This document shows, one piece after another, positions 14,914-24,924 of a stretch of DNA of 34,405 bases. The notes below the pieces were generated by a model. It did not search any database. It was not told where the DNA came from and saw only the letters and a list, made by a program, of their open reading frames with translations. The stretch is from IMG/VR virus record IMGVR_UViG_3300048857_000015, positions 1-34,405 of that record; one strand, written 5' to 3'. A program made the position numbers and the translations under genes. Positions within the stretch are counted from its first letter, which is position 1; the number at the start of each line of letters is the position of its first letter. This stretch comes from a virus. Taxonomy: Duplodnaviria; Caudoviricetes.

Positions 14914-17307
14914 TCAGAAGGTCACAAATCGCTTCTGACCCGGCACCTTCACGATGCGCGTCCGCTGGTTATTCTGATTCATGATGAACGAGGTGGTCCC
15001 GTTGATCGTGAAACCCGATGAGGGGACCACCGTAACGTTATGCGTGGCCACGTTTCCGCCTATATCGACTAGCAAAACCTCGTAGTCATCCGTTACGGTG
15101 AAATCCACAGGGAGGTTGACCGTACGGGGAGCTGTCACGTTTAGCAGAACAGCCCTGCTCGATGCCTGTATCGTCTGGCTACCCGTAATCGTTACTGTTT
15201 CAAGTTCGTTTCCGTTCGTATCCCGGATGTCATTTTGCCGGGACCTAGTGAGGGCTCCCCGAGTGCTGAGCTGCTCATTCTGGGAGTTGCCGTGAACACG
15301 ATTGTCCCGCACAGTGTTGTCGTCCGACCCCGGAGCTGTGGTTTCGAATATCCCCCACCGCTGAGTTTTTATTGTCTGCGTATCGTAGCAAAAGTTGCCG
15401 ACGACCTCGTTATGAAGGCAGGGGCCAAAAGGACCAATTGCGATACCGTCAGCCGCAGCCGGAACGGCCTGACTGTTGTTGAACACGTTGTTGCCCGCAA
15501 TACGGTTGCTATCGGCATTATCCAAGGCGATGCCGTGCCGCCCGTTTGAATATACGTAGTTGCTCTCAATGATGTTTCTATGTGCACCCTCGTTAAGTTT
15601 AATGCCATCTTGGGCAGAACCGCGAACTGTATTCCCACGTACTAGATTCCTTAGCCCGAACGATATCCAAATACCGTGGTGTGTAGGTACTATGTTACGA
15701 GCACCGGCGCTGATAACAATGTTGTCGAGAATCTTATTGTCGTTGTAGTTTTCATTCGTCCCATTGCCGCCGAAATAAATTCCGTGACCATTAGGCGCGA
15801 CGATCCGGTTCCCTTGGATAGTGTTGTCTGTAGAATTCCCATCGTAAAGGAAAACGCCGTACGCGCGCAGAGCTCCATCGCCGAAGTCAAATCCATCCTG
15901 CGGGCCGATGTCGTGGATGTAGTTGAATGCAACAAGGTTCTGGAAGCAGCCAGTCCGGAGAACGACTCCATGCCCGATCCCGCCGCGTATTTCGTTGAAT
16001 ACGACATGGCACCCGTCGCACTGGCGCAGCACAAGGTGAGGCCATCTTGCATCAACGATGAGGCAGTCTGAAATTGTTGATTTCCGGCACTTAGTAAGCT
16101 GGAACATATCCTGCCTACCTGTCTGACCATTCATATTGAGGTCGATCTTGATGCCGGAGATTTTGATCCGTTCATTGCCGCCGACAGCGTCCGCATTGAT
16201 GAGCAGCTTTCCGCCGGTGACACCATCTTTCGCTCTGATGGCTGCATCCCAGCCGCTTCCGATCAAGGTCGCTCCAGACGCAAGTGTGATTGTATCGGAG
16301 AGGTGGACCCCGTTAACTAGCGATCCCGGGACGGCAAATGCCGCGCTGTAATCGACTAGGGCTTGAACTGCGGAGGTGTCCAGGGTGGCGCCGTCGGCTT
16401 TCGCACCGAACATACGACTGTTTGGTCTCTTCTCCGTAAGCTCCCACCAAGCTCCGTCTGAACTTTGAAATTTTCCCGCGTGAGCAGGCTCGCTGCCAAC
16501 CTTTGCATAGAACGCCCCACCCCCATCGCCGACCGCGTAGTACCCGTTGACGCGGAGCGCGTTGATCCCCGGCGGCACGTTGATCGCCGCCATTCCGACA
16601 ACGGTCGCATAGATCGGTACGTTGCCTTGGCTTACAGCATCCGAGGCATAGCCAGCGGCAATGTCTCGGGCAGCCTCTGCTGCTGCGGCAGCCACCTCGG
16701 CGTCGTCTCTCGCCTGAAACAATCGCTGTGCGATGGCTTGATCGCTAAATAGACGGAAGGTCGAGCCGCTGACGACGCCCAGGATGATCATGCCGGCCTG
16801 GAGGCCGCCCGGCTCCACGTCCTCGCCGCTATTCGTCTTGATCGCCAGCGCGGATCCGCCGTTGAAGGAAACGGTGACCGGCGATGCGGTGTTCGCCTCG
16901 AAAATGTTCATCCAGACGAGAGCGGAACCCGAAAGGGGGATTGAAGTAGTCGCCTGAATGGCGTTGGCCGTGCCCGCGCCCACGTCAGAAGCGATGATGA
17001 AGCTGAATGGCAGCGGCAGGATAAGCGACCAGGAGCCCGCGCCAGAAGCGCCAGACTTCCGGTAAATGCCGTTGAAGGCAACGGTCGGGTCCGCATAGAC
17101 CCACGCAGTTTTGTCGGCAGTGTGCGCCAGATCTGCGAACAGCAGCGCGCGAGTCGGCTTTGCGATCGAACCAGCGCCAGACGAATAAGCGTCGATTGCC
17201 GCCTCGTACTGGGCAAGAAGCGTGCGAATTTCGGGCTTTGCCGGCTGCAGCGGAGACCCGAACGGCCCGTCTGCGTAAACTGTTTCAGCGTTCGGAGAGA
17301 ATGCCAC
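14914..17307 (-). CDS. Tail fibre/tailspike with parallel beta-helix (pectin-lyase-like depolymerase)
   Basis: FGAKADG..LDT.AVQA start of the beta-helix, many N.I.GN.I/GI.L repeats; last tail gene; AGGAG RBS. Confidence 0.85.
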   Translation of the reverse strand: MAFSPNAETVYADGPFGSPLQPAKPEIRTLLAQYEAAIDAYSSGAGSIAKPTRALLFADLAHTADKTAWVYADPTVAFNGIYRKSGASGAGSWSLILPLPFSFIIASDVGAGTANAIQATTSIPLSGSALVWMNIFEANTASPVTVSFNGGSALAIKTNSGEDVEPGGLQAGMIILGVVSGSTFRLFSDQAIAQRLFQARDDAEVAAAAAEAARDIAAGYASDAVSQGNVPIYATVVGMAAINVPPGINALRVNGYYAVGDGGGAFYAKVGSEPAHAGKFQSSDGAWWELTEKRPNSRMFGAKADGATLDTSAVQALVDYSAAFAVPGSLVNGVHLSDTITLASGATLIGSGWDAAIRAKDGVTGGKLLINADAVGGNERIKISGIKIDLNMNGQTGRQDMFQLTKCRKSTISDCLIVDARWPHLVLRQCDGCHVVFNEIRGGIGHGVVLRTGCFQNLVAFNYIHDIGPQDGFDFGDGALRAYGVFLYDGNSTDNTIQGNRIVAPNGHGIYFGGNGTNENYNDNKILDNIVISAGARNIVPTHHGIWISFGLRNLVRGNTVRGSAQDGIKLNEGAHRNIIESNYVYSNGRHGIALDNADSNRIAGNNVFNNSQAVPAAADGIAIGPFGPCLHNEVVGNFCYDTQTIKTQRWGIFETTAPGSDDNTVRDNRVHGNSQNEQLSTRGALTRSRQNDIRDTNGNELETVTITGSQTIQASSRAVLLNVTAPRTVNLPVDFTVTDDYEVLLVDIGGNVATHNVTVVPSSGFTINGTTSFIMNQNNQRTRIVKVPGQKRFVTF

Positions 17308-17399
17308 GGAGGACTCCTGAAAAGAAAAGCCCCGGCGCTAGCCAGGGCTTGAAAGTTGATGCTGTTGTGTGGCGTTGGCGCAGGCAGACGCAGGCTGCG

Positions 17400-19598
17400 T
17401 CAGGTCACGGTAAACGTGCCCGTCGCAGCGGCTGTGCCTTCAATGCCGGAATGGTTGATCGACACTACCCAGCCGTAATAGGTGCCGGCGACGAACGACC
17501 TAGCGGTCGAATCTGCGCTGGACGACGCGCCATATTCTGGCGGCCCCGCGTAGCTAGCCGTTCCGAAATTATCGACCGTATTCCAGTATATCTTCGCGCC
17601 AGCGTAATTGCTGCTGTTCGGAGCGGTCCAATTGAACGTTGCCGTACCTACACCGCCAGTCGCGCTCGGCGAGGTAACTACACCAGGCGGAGTCGGGTCG
17701 GCTGTCGACGTCACTGATTCGGTGACCGACCAGTTGGAGTACTTTCCGTTGGCCGCCTTGAACGCAACCTGCACGTCGAGCTCCTGATCGACCGGAACCG
17801 TGTTGGTGTTCAGATTGATGTAGCCGCCAGACGGGTCCGCCCCAGGAAATGGCTGCTCGATCCATGCACCAGGCGTACCCGCACCGATATCAGCAACGCG
17901 GTAACGAACTACCGGGATAAAGCTATCGTCAGCAGGATCAATGACAACCACTCGTATGTAAACCGAGTTGTTGCTCGCCTTCGCCTGGATAAGGTTGATG
18001 ACGGGGGTCGGAATATTCGAGGCGTTCACAGCCCGAGGAACCGGAGGCTGCTGCCCCTCTTCCGTCGTCGGATTCCAGTCGTCAATGCCGTCCGGCTGCT
18101 CGACGAAATCCATCGAAAATCCGCCCTTGGTTAGGGCGAGCACAGACCTACGGTTTTCCAGAAGCTTGCCGTCCAGCCGCGGTAGGCGGCTCGGCGTTTC
18201 CAGCCTTACCCATCGCGCATAGACAGCGTTGATGCCGGAGAGCCGAACATCGAGGCTTCCCTTGACTTTCTGCCGCAATCGCAGCCAGTCCCGCTTTCCA
18301 AGCCTCCTTGCTTGCCGCCATTGGTGGCACCATTCGTAGCTGCCCTCCTGCGTCAAAACGCGGCCGGCGCTTAGCTGCGCGGCTGTGTCCTCGAAAAAGT
18401 CAGTGTCGCAGCTCGTGTAATTCGTGGCCGGATAAGTGAACTTCGGCACAAGCCGATTGCACTCGTCCTCGAACAGCACGTCGTACTGGACCTGATGACC
18501 AACGATGTCGGCATCGGTCAGCGTTGCCGTTCTGCTTTCGCGGAACTTGCCGACCGTCAGGATGCGGGCTCCATCGCCGCGCGCAACCAGATGGCCGTCG
18601 CAGGTCGAAAGGATTGCGTTCAGCCCCGACTTCGGGCCGTTCTCGGTCGTGTCCCAGCCGTTGCACTCGTAGCGCCGTTCTGTGCCCCCGCCTTTTAGCG
18701 GTACAAGCTCGTCGCAAACGTCGGCTTCTTCCTTCCACAAGTCGATGACCGGAAGTAGCGCCTTGGCGTAATCGAGGCCGAAACCGAATTCGTTGAAGCA
18801 GAGATGCCACGCGCAGATGACCGCTGAGTTACGGGTCCACGTCCAAGTGTTCGGATTCGTCGGGCTCTGCGCTGGATCTCGGAAATCCCAGCAAAAAGCG
18901 CCGTCGATCTCCACCGAAGGAGAAGGCGCGCCGTATGGGAAAGCCGTCTGCTGGTCCTGCGCGTCCGCATTGTGCGCCCGCATTGCCAGCGAAGCCTGAC
19001 CGTCTCCCCGATGAGCGTTGGTCCAGATGCCGTCGGCGCCAAGTGCCGAGACAAGCTCCGCATAGGGAGTCTCTGGATTGTCGCCGAGGCGGGTGTAGAG
19101 CCGGACATTCGCCGAGCCTGCACCGTACCTTCCGCCCGTTGTGAGCGGCGTGACGACATTGTTGACGACCGTCACCTCGTCGTCATTCAGGTAGAACCGG
19201 TTGAACGACTTAATCTTGTGGCCGGCGATGGCCTGCACAGAATAAAGGTTAGACCCCACGGCCTCCCACATCATCCGCGCGCCGGCAAGCCGAGTTCGGC
19301 CGACGGCGTAGGTGCGAAATGGGATGGCCTGGTTCAGCGGAGACCTCCCGTCTTCCGGCTTTGGCGGCTTTGGTGTTTGCGCCATCAGCGCCTGAAGGCC
19401 GATAGAAATGGCCGTCGTCGCGATCGCGGACGCGATTGATGCGTAACTGATCGTCGTAGCGCCGATCGCGAAGCCGCCGGAGCCAAGCACCGCCGTGAAG
19501 ATCGGCGTGAAGATGGGATCAAACATGACCTCGCTGTAGAGCGAAGTCGTGCTACCGAGGCCGTAGCGCTGCAGCATCATGCGGTGATGGAAACTCAT
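17400..19598 (-). CDS. Tail tip / host-specificity (gpJ-like) protein with C-terminal FN3-like domains
   Basis: ATGA-coupled start MSFHH at 19598; YAVGRTRLAG, DFRD......W.WT.N, WTAP motifs; position in the tail operon. Confidence 0.8.
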   Translation of the reverse strand: MSFHHRMMLQRYGLGSTTSLYSEVMFDPIFTPIFTAVLGSGGFAIGATTISYASIASAIATTAISIGLQALMAQTPKPPKPEDGRSPLNQAIPFRTYAVGRTRLAGARMMWEAVGSNLYSVQAIAGHKIKSFNRFYLNDDEVTVVNNVVTPLTTGGRYGAGSANVRLYTRLGDNPETPYAELVSALGADGIWTNAHRGDGQASLAMRAHNADAQDQQTAFPYGAPSPSVEIDGAFCWDFRDPAQSPTNPNTWTWTRNSAVICAWHLCFNEFGFGLDYAKALLPVIDLWKEEADVCDELVPLKGGGTERRYECNGWDTTENGPKSGLNAILSTCDGHLVARGDGARILTVGKFRESRTATLTDADIVGHQVQYDVLFEDECNRLVPKFTYPATNYTSCDTDFFEDTAAQLSAGRVLTQEGSYEWCHQWRQARRLGKRDWLRLRQKVKGSLDVRLSGINAVYARWVRLETPSRLPRLDGKLLENRRSVLALTKGGFSMDFVEQPDGIDDWNPTTEEGQQPPVPRAVNASNIPTPVINLIQAKASNNSVYIRVVVIDPADDSFIPVVRYRVADIGAGTPGAWIEQPFPGADPSGGYINLNTNTVPVDQELDVQVAFKAANGKYSNWSVTESVTSTADPTPPGVVTSPSATGGVGTATFNWTAPNSSNYAGAKIYWNTVDNFGTASYAGPPEYGASSSADSTARSFVAGTYYGWVVSINHSGIEGTAAATGTFTVT

Positions 19599-20017
19599 TC
19601 TTTTCGATCTCCACCGGGCGCGCGCCATACGGCAATTTGGTCCAACTTCTTGGCGACGACTCCGGATGGCGACAGCAGCGCCCAAAGCGGGCCGAAACGA
19701 ATTGCGCAGATTTCCTTGGTCTCGCCGTCCAGTCCTGCCGGCGCCTTGACGACGCCAACGTCGCCATCTTGCGGGTCCTGGATTCGCTTGAAGCCCAAGG
19801 GCTCCAGCGCTGCGGCGGCAAACGCAACAACGCCCCCTACCCTCGCGAGGATGTCGTGGGCGCCCTTTGCTGTGCTGTAGGTGCCGCGGTATTTTTCTGC
19901 CGGGTCGATCCCCACGCTTTCCCGCAACCATGTGCCGCAGAACGTCGTGCAATCGTCGCCGCCCATCCCGCCCCACCGGAAACGGTGTGGCAGGGCCAGG
20001 AATTCCTGCAATGTCAT
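19595..20017 (-). CDS. NlpC/P60-like tail assembly protein (DUF6950-like)
   Basis: F.WG...DC..F...W and P..GDVGV motifs; position before the gpJ-like gene. Confidence 0.75.
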   Translation of the reverse strand: MTLQEFLALPHRFRWGGMGGDDCTTFCGTWLRESVGIDPAEKYRGTYSTAKGAHDILARVGGVVAFAAAALEPLGFKRIQDPQDGDVGVVKAPAGLDGETKEICAIRFGPLWALLSPSGVVAKKLDQIAVWRAPGGDRKE

Positions 20018-20038
20018 GAATACCTCGGGCGCTGTGGC

Positions 20039-20638
20039 CTAGAAATTTGGCCAGACCGGCTGGACGCCTCTGGCTAGCCTGCTGACGCCGTCGCAGAACT
20101 TGTCAGTTGGCGAGATCGCCTTTTGATGCGGGGTCGACCAGACTGAACGAGCGCCACGAGACCGTGTCGCTTCTCCCGCAACGACAGCCAGAGAAAGCGT
20201 CAGCGTGACAGACTGCTCGCTAGGGGTGGCTGGCGATGACTCGGATACGTGCGAAGCGGTGCCAGTCCAGATCGGAATGACGTTGCTCATCGGCTGGTAG
20301 TATTGATCGAGCGTCGTTATGCCCATTTGCACCGTGGCGCCACGAACGGCAGGCAGGCTGTCTATCATCCTCGCGGCGGACGTCGGGTCGATACCGGAAA
20401 GCGTGAATTCCACGCTGTCCGCCGTGCCGTTTACCAGCACCTCAAGCGTAGGAACGCCGACTAGCTTGCCGCCGCCCAGGTAAACCGTGCCGGTTGGGTC
20501 GATGCTATCGAAGTTAGCCGGAATATCGTTGATCCCGAACCACATATGCAGCGATGGCGTCGTGCCAATGCGAAGGAATATCCCAAGCTGATGGCTGCCG
20601 CGCAGTTCATCAATGACGTTGTCCGGAACCCAGCCCAT
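20039..20638 (-). CDS. Minor tail (hub/gpL-like) protein
   Basis: Synteny; C-terminal Q..ISPTDKFC...V.W pattern. Confidence 0.65.
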   Translation of the reverse strand: MGWVPDNVIDELRGSHQLGIFLRIGTTPSLHMWFGINDIPANFDSIDPTGTVYLGGGKLVGVPTLEVLVNGTADSVEFTLSGIDPTSAARMIDSLPAVRGATVQMGITTLDQYYQPMSNVIPIWTGTASHVSESSPATPSEQSVTLTLSLAVVAGEATRSRGARSVWSTPHQKAISPTDKFCDGVSRLARGVQPVWPNF

Positions 20639-21366
20639 TAGAACGCCTCAACAAACTGGATGGACTGCTGTGTGACGAAGAACGCCTCGACCACGCTTGG
20701 CAGCGTGAATTCCGACTTGAACTTTGCCACGAACCGCGGGCGGGCGAACTCAACGCGAGTACCTGCAGCAATCGCCTCCCGCAGAGGCGGAGCGATGGCC
20801 AGCGTGTAGACCGGGTTTTCTTCCGAAGTCTTGCCGATCACCTGCCAATAGCGGTAGGCGCGCCAACCTTTCGTCGTGTGGTAGATCGAAAACCAGTCGG
20901 ACCAGCGCAGCGGCCTGTTAAGGCCGTGCACGCGCATCTTGATGATGCCTGCATTCAGTGCCGCCGCCTCGGTAATCTCTCCGTAAACCGTCGCTTGGCT
21001 GTAGCCGGCGCCATCCGAGAAGTATGAACCGTCAGAGTGCGTGATGCCGCTGACGATGGGCGCCGGCAGCCTGTTGACAGTCGGGAAAGGACCGAACCAA
21101 TCGGTAATGATCGGCACGTTGATGAATCGGAACCCGCCATTCAGGCGGGCTCCAAGCCAGTTGACGTACTCGTAATGCTCGGGGTTCTTGATCTTGCAGT
21201 CTTCGTAGGTCGCGGTGACGATACCGCCACCGCTCATTTCGATTGTCTGCCCCTCGCCTACGCCGTTACGGCCGCCATCGATCGAAGACCCAGTGACGTC
21301 GTAGATGGTCTTCACCGGAGCCAGAAAGTTTGCCTCCAGCGTCGGCTGGTTCGTATAGACCGCCAT
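20638..21366 (-). CDS. Distal tail protein candidate
   Basis: Directly after the tape measure gene; ends IQFVEAF. Confidence 0.6.
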   Translation of the reverse strand: MAVYTNQPTLEANFLAPVKTIYDVTGSSIDGGRNGVGEGQTIEMSGGGIVTATYEDCKIKNPEHYEYVNWLGARLNGGFRFINVPIITDWFGPFPTVNRLPAPIVSGITHSDGSYFSDGAGYSQATVYGEITEAAALNAGIIKMRVHGLNRPLRWSDWFSIYHTTKGWRAYRYWQVIGKTSEENPVYTLAIAPPLREAIAAGTRVEFARPRFVAKFKSEFTLPSVVEAFFVTQQSIQFVEAF

Positions 21367-21369
21367 CGA

Positions 21370-24300
21370 TCAACCCTTCTGGCTAGTGTACCTGCTCTGC
21401 ATGGTGCCGAAGCCGCCGCGACGCTGGTTCTCGTTGTACTGGCTAAGCCCCTCGCCAACGCCCTGCTTGACCAGCGTGCGAATATGCTCGTCGCCGCTTG
21501 CGCCGCTGATTAGTACCTGCAGCACGCCAGGCTGTGCGTTGGCGCTGGATGAGGATCCGCGAGAGTTAAGGCGCGGTGCGCGTGGTGCATTCAGCCGGTG
21601 ATTTGGCGTCACACTTGAACCGCGCGGAAGGTTGACCAATTCGGGGCCTTTTTCGCCTACCAGCGCCAGTCCGCCTGGAGCAAAGTTCGTTCCGGACGCA
21701 AAGCCGGGTATCCCCTGTAGGAAATTGCCCAGCGTTGTGGTCGGATTGAACGATGGGCTGAACAGAGACGACCAGTTGAAACCGCCCGCGAGGCCGCCAA
21801 GCCCTTGGCCCGCACCCATATTCTGCGTGATGGCAGCCAATCCGGAATTGAAGCCTCCGAGGCCGTTAACCGCGCCCGCTGCGGTTTCGCCCATCTTGGC
21901 AATCTGGGTATTGAACTTGGCGACATAGGAATTGCCGGTAGTGCCCAGAATGTCGGCACCCATTCCACCTTTGCCGACAGAGCCGGGGCCGCCAAACCAA
22001 GCCTGAGCAGCGCCAGATGCGCCGAACTTGCCGACATAGCCGCCGAAGCGGTGATTGAAGATGGCGTCCTGTGCGGACCTGTCGCCAAGAAATTCGCTAG
22101 CAGACAGCCGCCTCCCAAGGGCAGCCTCCGACCAGGGGCCGATATTGTTACCCATGACCTGATAAGCGCCGTATGCTCGGTCACCATTCCGAGTAACTGG
22201 GCCAAGTGCGCCGTAGTTGCCGCCGCTCTCAATCGCCTGAATGGCCTTGGCGTACATGCCGATGTTGCCAACCGCCGGCAGCGCACTCCGCGTCACAGCC
22301 CCAACAGGAGCCGCGAATGTCGTTGCGGCAGAAGATGCCACCGCAGCGATGCCACCGCTCTTGCCGCCACCGCCGAGAAGCGCCGCCGCAAGAGCGCCGC
22401 CGATTTGCTCAAAGAGGCTGTCCAGCGACTTCTGCATGGCATTGGCTGCGGCGTTCTTGACCGCGTCAGCGAAGGATTCGCCGATGCTTTTGCCGCCGGT
22501 GAGAATGCCGCTGCTGAACTCCGAGAGGAAAGACTTCGTTAAGTCGGACAGTTCCTCCTGCTGGAACCTGTTGCGGATCATTGCGGCATTGTTGCCACCA
22601 AGATCCTCTTCAAGTCCGTAGGACCGCAGCCGCAGCTTAACCGCCTGCTCCTGCTTAGAAAGGCCGGCGAAAGCGGAATCGTCCAGCAAGTCCTGCTGCA
22701 GCTTCGCTTCCGAAAGCGCCTTGGAGTACTTGCTGTATAACTCGACCTTCTTCTCGATTTCAGCACGCTGCTCGGCGCTGAGAGATCGGCCCTTGTCTTC
22801 CGCCTGTTGCAGTAGCTCTAGCCGGAAACGCGCGGCATCGGTCTGGACGCCGTACTGGCCAGTCAGGTCAGTCTCCAGTTGTAACTGTGCGATACGATCG
22901 TCGGCGCTCTTGATCAGATCGCGGTAGGCGTTCGCGGCACGCTGCGCGGCCGTTTCTGCTTTTTTGGTGTCTTCCGGCTCATCGCCCAGACGAATCGGCT
23001 TTGTGCCAGGTATCGGAACGGCTACGCGCCTGCCGTCTGGATTGATGACGGTCGGGTTTTCGTTCGCCTTACGGCGTTGCTCGTCAAGATAGTCGAAGTA
23101 TGCGTCTTGCTCAGCGCTATTGATGCGAAAGCCACGAGAGGCGCTGGCCGCCTGTGCAGCCTCAGACTTAAATTTCGAAGCGCTTGCGGCCGCCTTGTCG
23201 ATCAACGGCACGAGCCTGTCGAAAACATCAAGGTACTTCTGCAGCTCCGGCGTCGCGTTGTCCTTGATGACCGCGGCCAGTTCCTGCTGAACCTTTTTGG
23301 CCATATCCGACGTGGCGTTGCCGTCTTCAATGCCAGCGGTGAGTTCATTCAATGCTTGCTGAAGACTCGTAATCTTTTCCGTGTCTTCGCCCATCTGCGA
23401 CAGACGGGTAACAATGTCGCCGATCTCAGAGTCTACATCGCCAAGGCTTTTGCGAAGCTCATCCCACTGCGCATCCGCCCCAATTTCGGCGGCGGCCTGC
23501 AGATCCTTGGCATCCGTAAGCCTCTGCCGCTCGTCGTTGTATGCCTTCAGCGCTGGGAGCGCGTCACCCCACTTGGAGACAACTGCTTGGACGAGCTCTG
23601 CCTCCTTTTGCAGCGTCTTCTCTGACTTCTCGCCACCCATTTCCAGCGAACTGAAATACTGGATAGCCGCAGCGCCTGCGGCGATGGCACCTATCGTCAC
23701 CAGCGAGATAGGATTGACAAGTTGCATGAAGGCGCCGGCAACCGCCGGACCGATACGCTGCCCGCTCGCTCTTATGTCGTTGAAGACCTGCGCGACCTGC
23801 GGACCCTGCTGCAAGGCAACTGTTTGCCACGGCATAAAAGCAGCCGTGGTCGCAATATCGAAACCCTGCGCCGCCAAATTGGAGGTGTTGAATGCGCCAG
23901 CACCCACACCCCCTCGGCCACCCGCAGGCGAAGCCGCCAAGGCAGCATTCCGGCCTTTTATCGCAGCGGTTGACGCCAGAGCGGCTTGCCGCTCGCGCTG
24001 AATGGCCGCCGTCATCTCGTTTGCGGAGATGGCGCCTACCGCATGCGCGCGCTTGATGTCGGCCACGGCCGACTTGTAATTATTGATCGTCGCAAAGAGC
24101 GGGCTGTATTTTGCCCGAAGGCGCTCAAGCTCCTTACCTTGATCTGCGAGTGCGCCGCTCCACTCCTTGGCGCCACGCGTGCCGATCCCTACCATGCCGT
24201 CGATACGCTTTTGCAGCGCAGAGGACATGGACTTGTCTATGCCGTTGCCGAGAGCGGTGAATTGTTTCTCGACCTTGCCGGTGGTCGACGAAATGTCCGC

Positions 24301-24381
24301 TTCGAGCCGCTTCAGGCTCCTTTTCACCGTAGCAAGGTCGGTGCTGATGGAAATTACAAGATCATCTGTCTTTTCAACCAT
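21370..24381 (-). CDS. Tail tape measure protein with lytic-transglycosylase-like domain
   Basis: 1003 aa, Ala-rich helical; NLAAQ..DI...VALQQGPQ; AI.AIESGGNY...AYGAYQVM; FASG...ALVGEKGPELV. Confidence 0.93.
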   Translation of the reverse strand: MVEKTDDLVISISTDLATVKRSLKRLEADISSTTGKVEKQFTALGNGIDKSMSSALQKRIDGMVGIGTRGAKEWSGALADQGKELERLRAKYSPLFATINNYKSAVADIKRAHAVGAISANEMTAAIQRERQAALASTAAIKGRNAALAASPAGGRGGVGAGAFNTSNLAAQGFDIATTAAFMPWQTVALQQGPQVAQVFNDIRASGQRIGPAVAGAFMQLVNPISLVTIGAIAAGAAAIQYFSSLEMGGEKSEKTLQKEAELVQAVVSKWGDALPALKAYNDERQRLTDAKDLQAAAEIGADAQWDELRKSLGDVDSEIGDIVTRLSQMGEDTEKITSLQQALNELTAGIEDGNATSDMAKKVQQELAAVIKDNATPELQKYLDVFDRLVPLIDKAAASASKFKSEAAQAASASRGFRINSAEQDAYFDYLDEQRRKANENPTVINPDGRRVAVPIPGTKPIRLGDEPEDTKKAETAAQRAANAYRDLIKSADDRIAQLQLETDLTGQYGVQTDAARFRLELLQQAEDKGRSLSAEQRAEIEKKVELYSKYSKALSEAKLQQDLLDDSAFAGLSKQEQAVKLRLRSYGLEEDLGGNNAAMIRNRFQQEELSDLTKSFLSEFSSGILTGGKSIGESFADAVKNAAANAMQKSLDSLFEQIGGALAAALLGGGGKSGGIAAVASSAATTFAAPVGAVTRSALPAVGNIGMYAKAIQAIESGGNYGALGPVTRNGDRAYGAYQVMGNNIGPWSEAALGRRLSASEFLGDRSAQDAIFNHRFGGYVGKFGASGAAQAWFGGPGSVGKGGMGADILGTTGNSYVAKFNTQIAKMGETAAGAVNGLGGFNSGLAAITQNMGAGQGLGGLAGGFNWSSLFSPSFNPTTTLGNFLQGIPGFASGTNFAPGGLALVGEKGPELVNLPRGSSVTPNHRLNAPRAPRLNSRGSSSSANAQPGVLQVLISGASGDEHIRTLVKQGVGEGLSQYNENQRRGGFGTMQSRYTSQKG

Positions 24382-24438
24382 CAGGCGAATATCCTAGAAA
24401 TAGAAAGCCCGCGTGGTGGCGGGCTCTTGGGGGATGGG

Positions 24439-24924
24439 ATGGCATATTGCAAAGAGTGCGGAGCGGCGAAGCCAGATCACCAAGTGCAACTTGGCGTCTG
24501 CGATGAGTGCTTCAATTATTCGAGTAAGAAGCAGTCGACAGCGAATGGGGCACGTTCGCCGACTGCGACCTCCAACCACAACATCATCCTGACGACGTCC
24601 ATTGACGTTCCTAATCGGACAATCGAGCGCGTGGTCTCGATTGTTGCGGCAGAGGCTGCGCTGGGAATGAATGTGTTTCGGGACATTGCGAATAACTGGC
24701 GCGACTTCGTAGGAGGCAGGTCAAACTCTGCTCAAAAGTCGCTCAAGGAGGCGCGCACAGCCTGCCTGGACGAGCTCAGGCGAGAGGCGTCAGCGCTTGG
24801 CGCTGATGCCGTTATCGCCGTAGATCTCGACTACAATGAGCTCTCAACGGGCGGCGCCGGCATTCTATTCGTGGCTGCTAGCGGAACTGCCGTAAAGCTG
24901 GCGCCGATTGCACAGGCGCCCTAA
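24439..24924 (+). CDS. YbjQ/UPF0145 family protein with N-terminal CxxC..CxxC zinc ribbon (antisense moron)
   Basis: N.FRD....RD.VGGRS, LGADAVIAVDLDY, V.ASGTAVKL; MAYCKEC...VCDEC. Confidence 0.85.
   Translation: MAYCKECGAAKPDHQVQLGVCDECFNYSSKKQSTANGARSPTATSNHNIILTTSIDVPNRTIERVVSIVAAEAALGMNVFRDIANNWRDFVGGRSNSAQKSLKEARTACLDELRREASALGADAVIAVDLDYNELSTGGAGILFVAASGTAVKLAPIAQAP

Noticed and set aside
19599-19976. N-terminal extension of the 858-aa ORF
   Set aside because: Arg-rich alternative frame overlapping the NlpC/P60-like gene; the real start is the ATGA-coupled ATG at 19598
21805-24438. Plus-strand ORFs opposite the tape measure gene, including the first half of the 312-aa ORF
   Set aside because: Antisense shadows; only the part from ATG 24439 is a recognisable protein
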